Below are positions 38,251-47,899 of a stretch of 64,000 nucleotides of DNA, piece after piece. A program made the translations under genes and the position numbers. The notes below the pieces were generated by a model, which was not told where the DNA came from, made no database searches, and saw only the letters and a program-made list of their open reading frames with translations. The stretch spans positions 32,001 through 96,000 of the forward strand of contig JBGAGQ010000013.1 in the NCBI GenBank assembly GCA_044226625.1. The letters run 5' to 3'. Position 1 is the stretch's first letter. Each line of letters opens with the position of its first letter. The DNA is from Thermoanaerobaculia bacterium (GTDB lineage Bacteria > Acidobacteriota > Thermoanaerobaculia > Multivoradales > UBA5704).

Positions 38251-38709
38251 TCAGGATCGGTTGCGGGCGGCTTGGGGAACGGAAGCTTGACCCTGCGTCT
38301 CATCGACCGAGCTCAAGTCGACGAAGTAATCGGCCTGGTCGTCGCCGCCCAGGTAGAGCACGCCCGGGTCGCGCCCGACCGGCAGCTGCCGAATCTGTTC
38401 GATCTCCGCCGCGATCGCCCGGTGCTCGCTCCGGATCTGGGCCAGGGCGCGCCGCGCGGAGTCGAGCCTCCGACGTTCGTCGAGATCGTGAGAGAGGACC
38501 GCTCCGGCGATCAGCGCCGCGAATCCCGCGGCGACCGAAGCGCCGAGGAACCAGCGCGCCGAGGAAGGCCGACGTTCGTCGAGCCTCGCGATCACCCGGC
38601 TTGCAAACCCCGGCCGCGACGTTTCGCGCGACAACGAGCGCAGCAGCTCGCCTAGGCGTCGATCGTCGAAAAGGCCGTCGGTGCCGGGCTCTCTTCGTTC
38701 GTTCGCCAT
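38251..38709 (-). CDS. Putative single-pass anti-sigma factor
   Basis: GGAGG RBS before ATG 38709; PGFASRVIARL, one TM, coiled coil; follows the ECF gene. Confidence 0.7.
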   Translation of the reverse strand: MANERREPGTDGLFDDRRLGELLRSLSRETSRPGFASRVIARLDERRPSSARWFLGASVAAGFAALIAGAVLSHDLDERRRLDSARRALAQIRSEHRAIAAEIEQIRQLPVGRDPGVLYLGGDDQADYFVDLSSVDETQGQASVPQAARNRS

Positions 38710-39287
38710 GTCATACCTCCAGACCAGTAGGGTTCGAGTCGCGCGCGCAGAGCCAGCCGGCCTCGATGGATGCGCGACTTGACGGTTCCCTCGCGGCAAC
38801 CTAGGTGTCGGGCGACGTCGGAGTAGGGCCACCCCTGGATCTCATGCAGGACGAGCGGCACGCGTAGCCGGAGGGGAAGCGCGGCGACCGCCGCGGCAAC
38901 CTCGTCACGGGTTTCGTTCTCCAACATTCTTCGTGGGGCGGACGGTTCCTCGTGCTCCTCCGGCGTCCACAGGAAGGACAGCATCCTCGCCCGGCGCTCG
39001 CGCCGTTCTTCGCTACGGAGCAGGTTCGTTGCGATCCGGAAGAGATAGGCGACCAGATGTCCTTCGCCCCGATAACGATCCCGCGCGCGGAAGAGGCGTA
39101 GGAACGTCTCCTGGCCGAGATCCTCCGCCCGATCGCGCGATCCGGTGAGGCGGGCCAGATAGCCGACGACCGCATCCCCGTGACGTTCGATCAGAGCCGA
39201 AAAAGCGCCCCGGTCGTTGCCGGCCGCGAGGGCCATGAGCTCGTCGTCGCCCGGAGCGAGGTCAGGAGCGGGGAGCGGGAGGTTCAT
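38652..39287 (-). CDS. ECF RNA polymerase sigma factor
   Basis: RAEDLGQETFLRLF, YLFRIATNL, YSDVA...EGTVKSRIHRGR; start placed at ATG 39287, downstream of the predicted promoter. Confidence 0.93.
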   Translation of the reverse strand: MNLPLPAPDLAPGDDELMALAAGNDRGAFSALIERHGDAVVGYLARLTGSRDRAEDLGQETFLRLFRARDRYRGEGHLVAYLFRIATNLLRSEERRERRARMLSFLWTPEEHEEPSAPRRMLENETRDEVAAAVAALPLRLRVPLVLHEIQGWPYSDVARHLGCREGTVKSRIHRGRLALRARLEPYWSGGMTWRTNEESPAPTAFSTIDA

Positions 39288-39311
39288 CGATCGACCCACA
39301 TCGCCATACAT

Positions 39312-39336
39312 AACGCGACGAGGGGCTTCGAGTTCC
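39312..39336 (-). promoter_or_regulatory. ECF-sigma promoter, probably autoregulatory
   Basis: GGAAC-N16-CGTT on the minus strand. Confidence 0.7.
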
Positions 39337-39394
39337 CACGTTCCTATCGGATCGGGTGGAGCCGGCCGACCCGCGAGGGGGTGTGGAGGGAAAG

Positions 39395-39913
39395 TCAGCC
39401 TTCCGTCACGCGGCGCAACAGGCGGCCGGCGTCCCGCAACGCGGAGCTGCCCGTCGCCTCGAGCAGCAGCGCGAGGCTGGCCGGACTGCGGGTGAGGTAG
39501 GCCGCCACGTGGATCGCCTCTTCGAGCGGCTGGTCGAAATGCCGCAGATGCCCTTCGACCGCGCCGTCCGCCCCATGGAGAGGAAAGCCTTCCTCCGAGC
39601 CGTCGGGGTCGAGGCGGAGCAGGAGATCTCGTCCGGTCGCCGGCAGAACGGCCGCGGCGAGTAGAGCCAGCTCCCGCCGGCCAAACCGGGCGACCGGGAC
39701 GCCGCCGCGCTCCGCTCCGGCCGAGGCGTGGAAGACGCCCCAGGTCTCCGTCTCGGCTCCACCGGGGCCGGACCGGAGGCGTTCGACTCGCCAGGGCCCT
39801 GCCGCTTCGGCCTCAGCGGACCCGAGGGGCTCGTCGAAACGGTCGAGCTCGCCAAGGAAGGACTCGTCGAAGGCATTGGACGATACGCGGTGGGGGCGAA
39901 GAGGGCGGCTCAT
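39395..39913 (-). CDS. Hypothetical cytoplasmic protein
   Basis: 172 aa ORF filling the gap, with GGAG RBS and its own promoter. Confidence 0.75.
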   Translation of the reverse strand: MSRPLRPHRVSSNAFDESFLGELDRFDEPLGSAEAEAAGPWRVERLRSGPGGAETETWGVFHASAGAERGGVPVARFGRRELALLAAAVLPATGRDLLLRLDPDGSEEGFPLHGADGAVEGHLRHFDQPLEEAIHVAAYLTRSPASLALLLEATGSSALRDAGRLLRRVTEG

Positions 39914-39945
39914 ACGTTGATCTCCGAAGGAGGGCTTTCTCAGCG

Positions 39946-39974
39946 ATCGTAGGCGCTAACAGGGCGTAAGTCAA
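39946..39974 (-). promoter_or_regulatory. Sigma-70 promoter
   Basis: TTGACT-N17-TACGAT on the minus strand. Confidence 0.65.
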
Positions 39975-40055
39975 GCGACGAAGCGGCATCTTTGACAGGA
40001 TGCGCCCCCCGCCGCGCTTCCGCGTAGCGGCGGGCGGATCGGAGGAGCTCGAGGC

Positions 40056-42440
40056 ATGGGAATGGAGATCGCGTTGGAAGGGGCTTTCGTGGCGGTGATC
40101 GCCGGAGAGATCGGCTGTCGCCCCGCTCAAGTCGAGGCGGCGGCCGCGCTGTTCGCCGAGGGTGCGACGGTTCCGTTCGTCGCGCGCTACCGGAAGGAGG
40201 CGACCGGCGGGCTGGACGACGGCCAGCTCGAAAGCCTGTTCAAGCGCCGCAGCTATTTTCTCGAGCTCGCCGCGCGGCGTGACGCGATCCTTGCGAGCAT
40301 CGCCGAGCAAGGAAAGCTGACCCCGGAGCTCGAAACCGCGATCCGTTCGACGTTGGCCAAGCAGGAGCTCGAAGATCTCTACCTGCCCTATCGGCCCAAG
40401 CGGCGGACCCGGGCTCAGATCGCTCGGGAGCGCGGGCTCGAGCCGCTCGCCGATGCTCTCCTCGAAGCGGCCTCCGGCACATCCGCCGCGGCCGACGTAG
40501 CCGCCCCGTTCGTTCAACCGGAACTCGGCGTCCAGGACGCGGCGGCGGCGCTCGGGGGGGCGCGCGACATCCTGGCCGAGCGCCTCTCGGAGACCGCCGA
40601 GTTGCGCTCCGCGCTGCGCCGGACGCTCGCGCTCGAAGGTATCTTCAAAGTTCAGGTCCTCCCCGGCAAGGAAACCGCCGAAGAGGCCGCGGTCTACCGC
40701 GACTACTTCGCCTATTCCGAGCGAGCCCGGGACGCCAAGTCCCACCGCCTGCTGGCGATCCTCCGCAGCGAGCGCGAAGGTTTCCTGATCTCCGATCTCT
40801 CGATCCCCGACGAGCCGGAAGTCGAGCGCCTCGCGCGGTGGTTCGGCGTTCCCCTCGACACTCCCTGCGGCCGCGAGGTGGCGGCGGCCGCCGCGGACGG
40901 GTACAAGCGCCTGCTCCGCCCGTCGCTGACCAATGAGGTGCGAAGCGAGCTGCGCGAGCGGGCGGAAGCCGAGGCGATCGCGGTCTTCCGGGTGAATCTC
41001 GAGGCGCTGCTCCTCCAGCCGCCGCTCGGACAGGTCCCGGTGATCGGCCTCGATCCCGGCTTGCGGACCGGCTGCAAGCTGGCTCTGGTCGACGGGACGG
41101 GGAGAGTTCTCGCGACCGAGGTCCTGCGCCCTCTGCCGCCGCACTCCGACGTTGCGGGCTCCGCACGGGCGCTCGTTGGGCTGATCGCCCGCCATGGCGT
41201 GAAAGCGGTGGCCATCGGCAACGGCACGGCCGGGCGGGAGACCGAACGTTTCGCCCGCACCGCGATCGAGGAAGCGGGAATTTCCGGCGTGACGGTCGCG
41301 ATCGTGCCGGAGACCGGCGCTTCGATCTACTCCGCGTCGGGGGTCGCCCGCGAAGAGCTTCCCGATCTCGACGTCTCTCTGCGGGGTGCGGTCTCGATCG
41401 CCCGGCGGCTCCAGGACCCGCTCGCCGAGCTGGTGAAGATCGAGCCTCGCTCGCTCGGAGTCGGCCAGTATCAACACGACGTCGACCAGCGAGCTCTGGA
41501 GACCGAGCTCGACGCGGCGGTCGAAGGGGCGGTCAACCGCGTCGGCGTCGAGCTCAACACGGCGTCGGCGCCGCTGCTCCGGAGAGTGTCCGGCCTCTCG
41601 GAACGGATCGCGCGCTCGATCGTCTCCTACCGCGACGCGCAGGGGGCGTTTCCGTCTCGGCGAAAGCTGCTCGAGGTCGCCGGGTTCGGGGCGAAGACCT
41701 TCGAGCTGGCCGCCGGCTTCCTGCGAATCCGCGAGGGGAGCCATCCCCTCGATCGGACCGCCGTCCATCCCGAGCGGTACCCGGTCGTCGAGCGAATGGC
41801 CAAGGAGCTCGGCGTGCCTCTGACCGAGCTGGTCGGAAATCCCCACATGGCGGCGAAGGTCGAGATCGCCCGTTTTCTCGATGCTTCCAGCGGTCTGGGC
41901 ACCTTCACCTTGGCGGACATCCAGACCGAGCTCGCCCGGCCCGGCCGGGATCCGCGACCGGAGTTTTCGGTACCGGAGTGGCGCGCGGACGTGACCTCGA
42001 TCGACGACCTCGTGACCGGCATGGTGCTCGAGGGGCGCGTCTCCAACGTCACCAATTTCGGCGCGTTCGTCGACGTAGGGATCAAGCGCGACGGTCTGGT
42101 CCACGTTTCCGAGCTCAGCCATCGCTTCATCGCCGATCCGCGCGAGGCGGTCAAGGTGGGGGACGTGGTGAAAGCGCAGGTGATGGAGGTCGACAAGGCC
42201 CGCGGCCGCTTCGGTTTGTCGATCAAGGCGCTCCTGCCGCCGCCGGCCGAGATACCTCGGTCGACCACCGGCAGCGCCGATCGGAGCGGGGCGCATCGGA
42301 CCCGCGGCCCGGTGCCTGCGCCTCAGCCGGTCGGAGCGCCGTCGCCCCCGCGCCGAAATCCGGCCGCTAAGGCTCCGGTTTCGCCGGCCGTTCCCGCGCC
42401 GACCCTGGACGACCTCAAGAAGAAGTTTCGCCGCGTCTAG
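40056..42440 (+). CDS. tex: Tex/YhgF RNA-binding transcriptional accessory protein
   Basis: GATVPFVARYRKEATG, LEDLYLPY, GLDPGLRTGCK, SIARRLQDPLAELVKI, GVGQYQHD, C-terminal S1 domain. Confidence 0.95.
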   Translation: MGMEIALEGAFVAVIAGEIGCRPAQVEAAAALFAEGATVPFVARYRKEATGGLDDGQLESLFKRRSYFLELAARRDAILASIAEQGKLTPELETAIRSTLAKQELEDLYLPYRPKRRTRAQIARERGLEPLADALLEAASGTSAAADVAAPFVQPELGVQDAAAALGGARDILAERLSETAELRSALRRTLALEGIFKVQVLPGKETAEEAAVYRDYFAYSERARDAKSHRLLAILRSEREGFLISDLSIPDEPEVERLARWFGVPLDTPCGREVAAAAADGYKRLLRPSLTNEVRSELRERAEAEAIAVFRVNLEALLLQPPLGQVPVIGLDPGLRTGCKLALVDGTGRVLATEVLRPLPPHSDVAGSARALVGLIARHGVKAVAIGNGTAGRETERFARTAIEEAGISGVTVAIVPETGASIYSASGVAREELPDLDVSLRGAVSIARRLQDPLAELVKIEPRSLGVGQYQHDVDQRALETELDAAVEGAVNRVGVELNTASAPLLRRVSGLSERIARSIVSYRDAQGAFPSRRKLLEVAGFGAKTFELAAGFLRIREGSHPLDRTAVHPERYPVVERMAKELGVPLTELVGNPHMAAKVEIARFLDASSGLGTFTLADIQTELARPGRDPRPEFSVPEWRADVTSIDDLVTGMVLEGRVSNVTNFGAFVDVGIKRDGLVHVSELSHRFIADPREAVKVGDVVKAQVMEVDKARGRFGLSIKALLPPPAEIPRSTTGSADRSGAHRTRGPVPAPQPVGAPSPPRRNPAAKAPVSPAVPAPTLDDLKKKFRRV

Positions 42441-42620
42441 CCCGAACTTCTCACCGGGTTTCTGCTGCGGCGGAACATCTGCCGGCGTCTGCTGCGTTGC
42501 GCTCGTTCGGACTCCTCGACGGAGTGTCAACTACGCCTACGTCGTCCTCCCTTCGCGCGCCTTGCATTCACCGGCATCTTTTCCGCCTCGCGACGAAGCC
42601 CGGTGAGAAATCCGGGCTAG
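42437..42620. mobile_element. 184-bp MITE-like element, copy 2
   Basis: CTAG-bounded with terminal inverted repeats; 10 substitutions versus copy 1 by manual alignment. Confidence 0.85.
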
Positions 42621-42631
42621 CGAGCGGACGG

Positions 42632-45259
42632 TCAGCGCACCAGGCGCTCGGTGCCCCCAACGCGGGTGAGTCGCACCGAAGTCCGCGACTCGTGGCCGGA
42701 GAAATCGGTGGCCACGGCGATCACCTCGATCGCCTCGTTGCGGTGGATGCTCGGGGGGATTTCGACCTCGTAGCGCAGGCCGATCTTTTCCGCCTTCAAC
42801 CGGCGGCGGCCGGCGAAGATCTCGACGTTGGCGACCCGGAAATCGTCGGTCACGTGGAAACCCAAGGTCGCCACCGTGCCGCGGAAAAAGCGGGTGTCGT
42901 AGCCGCCGGAGAGCTCGACCGCCGGAGGGTTGGCGTCGATGCGGGCCAGCATGTCGGTCAGCTTCTTTTCCGCGTCGGCAAAGCGCGCGGCGAGGTGAGG
43001 CGTGGGCGAGAACTTGCGCAGCTCGGCGAGGCCTTCGTCGGGGCGCCGGCGCGAGAGATAGCGCGGCACGGTCGTGAGGAAGGCCTCCTGGCCGGCTTCG
43101 AGGCTCTGCGCTTTTTGATAGCCGGCGATCCGCTCGCGCAGCCCAGAACGGTTCGGCCACTGGTTGAGCAGCGGCGAGAGGTCCGCCTGCGCTTGCGGGT
43201 ACTCGCCGTTTGCGGCGTGGTCTTCGGCCCGGCGCTCGATCGCCTGCGCCGCCTGCTCGCGCAACCCGAACGCCGGGCTGTCCGTCGGCAGGAGCACCGC
43301 GAGCGGGGCAAAGCGCTCGAGCACTTGTTCGGGATGCCCGGCGGTCGAAGCCTGCTCGACCTCGCCGAACATCCGGACGATCTCGCGCGCTCGCGCGACA
43401 TCGGCCGAAAAAGCCGGGCTCGTGCCGGGCAGGGCGGTCGGGTCGGGGACGGCGGAGAGGATTCGACGAAGGAGCTCGACGCTGCCGGTCTCGAGCGCGC
43501 GCGAGAGGTCGGCGGGGAGTTGCTCGGAAGCGACCCGCGGTACGGTCTCGGAGAGCACCTGGAGCTCCAGACAGCCGCGCGGTCCGAGCACACTCTGGTC
43601 CGCGACGTCAAAAGTTTCGAGCAGCTCGTGGGCTCGGCCGTAGTCCCCCTCGGCGAGCGCGCGTTTGGCCGCTTCCAGCCGGACCGTGGCGGGCTCTTTG
43701 GCGGGGGACTGTGGAAGCGCCGGAGGTGGCGGCGGCGGGGGCGGCGCGGGCTCTCGTTCAGGAAGCAGGCGCCAGACGAGCAAGCCGCCACCGATCAGGA
43801 GTACTGCTGCGCCTGCGCCGAGAGCCCACTTCGGAATTCGGATCGGCGGCTTGTCGGCGGCGGCCGCCGCGCGGAACGGTCCGCCGGTCTGCGGCGGCGG
43901 GACGGGCGCTTTCACCTCGGCCGTCTCGGTCACGGCTGCCGCGACGGCGGCTGGCAGCGGAGTGGGAGCCGGGGTGTAGTTGCCGAGCACGGCCGGGGGA
44001 CCGAGCGCGTCGAAGTCGATGTCGGGAAGCAGGCTTCCCCCGCTCGCTTCGGTGGAGGCCTCCGTTGGAGCTGGAGCGGGCGTTAAAGAGGGTGTCGGGC
44101 GTTCGGCCGCGACGCCGACCGCCGGCCGCGAAACCGGCGGGAAAGTCGGCTCGGCCGGGGCGAGCCGCGGTGGCGTGGCGACCGGGGGAATCGGTCCCAG
44201 CGCGGCCGGGAACGCGAGAGGCGGCGGAGCGACCCGGCTCGGAACCAGGGGTTCCGGAAGCGGTCGCGCCTCGACCGGTTGCGTCTTGTCGAGCAGCGCC
44301 TCGGCGTCCGTCTCGACGTCGACCGCCGAAAGGAGAGGCTGGAGCGGCTCGTTCGGCTCGCCAGGCTCCGTCAACGCGGGGGCCGTGGGCGGCGGCGGAG
44401 CGGCAGCCGAGGTCGGCGCTTTCGGTTGTGGTTTGGGCCGCGGCGTCCAGGCTGGCTCGGGCTCGAAGCCTTTGCCGAGCGATCCCTTGAGGGCACGCCG
44501 GACCTCCTCCGCGGAGCCGGGGCGATCCTCGGGACGAGCCCGGAGGCAGGCGGCGAGGATGCTCTGCAAGAGGTCGGTGCGCTCGATCTCGAAGCTGAAG
44601 GGCAAGGAGACGCGCGGCATCGGCCCTTCGGCGTCGGCGATCTCGGCTCCTAGAACCTCGGCGAGCGACCTCGCGAGCGAATAGAGATCGCCGCGCAGGC
44701 TGGGCGCTCCGCCGGCTGCCTCCTCCGGAGCGCGAAAACGCGCGCCCGCCGTGCGGTCGGGCACGCCCGCGCGCCGGAAGGAGGCGGAGCCGAGGCCGGA
44801 AAGTCGGATTCTCTGGCCGACCGCTCCGGCGGGGATCTCGACCAGCAAGTTCTCCGGCGAGAGATTGCCGTGGGCGACGCCGTGTGCCGCGAGCGCCTCG
44901 ATCCCCCCCAGGGCCTGCGTGGCAAGCGAGGTGATTCGACGGTGAGACGTGCCGGCGAGGCCGGCAAAACTCCGGCCGTCGATCAGCTCCAGGACCAGGA
45001 AGGCGAAGCCGTCGGTCGTGTATCCCCAGTCCGTCACCGCCGGGATCGAGGGCACGTCGATCGCCTCGACCGCCGTGGCGAACGCGGCGAATCGCTGGAG
45101 ACCGGCAGGGTCGGAGCCGGGATTTAGCAGCTTCACCGCCACCGGCCGTCCGACCTCGGTGTCGACGGCCCGGAGCAGGGTTGCGCTGGCGCCCGACTTC
45201 AGGATTCGTTCCAGGCGGTAGCGGTCGGCGATCTCGCGCGGCGGACGGGGAAGGCTCAT
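42632..45259 (-). CDS. Membrane-anchored Ser/Thr pseudokinase
   Basis: VAVK and APE kept; HGNLSPEN replaces HRD; GLG replaces DFG; Pro-rich linker, one TM, extracytoplasmic helical and beta domains. Confidence 0.82.
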   Translation of the reverse strand: MSLPRPPREIADRYRLERILKSGASATLLRAVDTEVGRPVAVKLLNPGSDPAGLQRFAAFATAVEAIDVPSIPAVTDWGYTTDGFAFLVLELIDGRSFAGLAGTSHRRITSLATQALGGIEALAAHGVAHGNLSPENLLVEIPAGAVGQRIRLSGLGSASFRRAGVPDRTAGARFRAPEEAAGGAPSLRGDLYSLARSLAEVLGAEIADAEGPMPRVSLPFSFEIERTDLLQSILAACLRARPEDRPGSAEEVRRALKGSLGKGFEPEPAWTPRPKPQPKAPTSAAAPPPPTAPALTEPGEPNEPLQPLLSAVDVETDAEALLDKTQPVEARPLPEPLVPSRVAPPPLAFPAALGPIPPVATPPRLAPAEPTFPPVSRPAVGVAAERPTPSLTPAPAPTEASTEASGGSLLPDIDFDALGPPAVLGNYTPAPTPLPAAVAAAVTETAEVKAPVPPPQTGGPFRAAAAADKPPIRIPKWALGAGAAVLLIGGGLLVWRLLPEREPAPPPPPPPPALPQSPAKEPATVRLEAAKRALAEGDYGRAHELLETFDVADQSVLGPRGCLELQVLSETVPRVASEQLPADLSRALETGSVELLRRILSAVPDPTALPGTSPAFSADVARAREIVRMFGEVEQASTAGHPEQVLERFAPLAVLLPTDSPAFGLREQAAQAIERRAEDHAANGEYPQAQADLSPLLNQWPNRSGLRERIAGYQKAQSLEAGQEAFLTTVPRYLSRRRPDEGLAELRKFSPTPHLAARFADAEKKLTDMLARIDANPPAVELSGGYDTRFFRGTVATLGFHVTDDFRVANVEIFAGRRRLKAEKIGLRYEVEIPPSIHRNEAIEVIAVATDFSGHESRTSVRLTRVGGTERLVR

Positions 45260-45417
45260 TGTTGTTTCTCGATGAACGCAAGCGGAGTCTAGCCGAAGGG
45301 CGACCGCCGGGCGAGATCGGACCCGGGTCGCGGGCGCGGCGCGGTCGGAAGCGATCGGCCAAAACCCTGTGCTACGCTCGGTTCAAGCGTTCTGCTTTCG
45401 TACTCAAGGAGGGTGAC

Positions 45418-45954
45418 ATGAAGGAGAGGTTTCCCCAGGAGGTCGTGCTGCGCAACGGCACGCGTCTGCTCTTACGCCTGTTCAAGGAGGGGGACGCCGA
45501 GTCCCTGTTCCAGTTCTTTCAGCGCCTGCCGGTCGACGTCCGGCGTTTCGCCTGGGACCGGATCGACAATCGGGCGCTCGTCGACCGCTGGGAGACCGAG
45601 CTCGACTACTCGAAGGTCCTTCCCATCCTCGCCTTCGACGGCCCGAAGGTCGTCGCCGACGCGACGCTCCATTTCCGCGACGGCGGTCCGTTGCGGCTGG
45701 TCGGCCGGATCAAGTGGCTGATCGACCCGGAGTACCGCGGTCATGGCCTCGGCACGGTGCTGGTCAACGACTTCATCCGGATCGCCCGGAGCAACGGCCT
45801 GCGCCACCTCACGTGCATGCTGATCTCCGACCTCGAGGCCGATGCCGTGGAGACCCTGGGCGGGCTGGGGTTCCAAAGCCATGTGATCAGCGGCTACGGC
45901 ACCGATCCGGATGGCAATCAGCACGACATGACCAAGATGGTGCTCAAGCTCTGA
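45418..45954 (+). CDS. GNAT-family N-acetyltransferase
   Basis: IDPEYRGHGLGTVL acetyl-CoA motif; AGGAGG RBS before ATG 45418. Confidence 0.9.
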   Translation: MKERFPQEVVLRNGTRLLLRLFKEGDAESLFQFFQRLPVDVRRFAWDRIDNRALVDRWETELDYSKVLPILAFDGPKVVADATLHFRDGGPLRLVGRIKWLIDPEYRGHGLGTVLVNDFIRIARSNGLRHLTCMLISDLEADAVETLGGLGFQSHVISGYGTDPDGNQHDMTKMVLKL

Positions 45955-46139
45955 TCTTCCGCAGGTCTCCGCGCCTTCATGGCCGCGCGGAGACCTCCTT
46001 CACCTCCGAGCGAAACCCGCAGTACCCCGTGGAGCGCCGCCCCTCGCGACGAGGGCTCGGGTAGAATCCTGCCCCCGCGAGCTCCGTCCCGCTCGCCCCC
46101 GCATTCCGAATCCGAAGAAGGGAAAGACGAAGGAGCACC

Positions 46140-47825
<1,686 letters not shown>

Positions 47826-47899
47826 GATTCCCGGCAGTCGAGCGACCTCCCGTCAGGCTCGGGCTTCGGAGCGCGTCTTCGGAGCCCGGCCGTCCAGCC

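Noticed and set aside
39813-42530. Long antisense ORFs (also 4345-6519, 28026-30428, 45918-47516, 50568-52463)
   Set aside because: Stop-poor shadow frames of real genes, expected in GC-rich DNA
45963-45996. Hairpin AGGTCTCCGCGC...GCGCGGAGACCT as a riboswitch or ncRNA
   Set aside because: Single stem right after the GNAT stop; most simply a transcript-end hairpin
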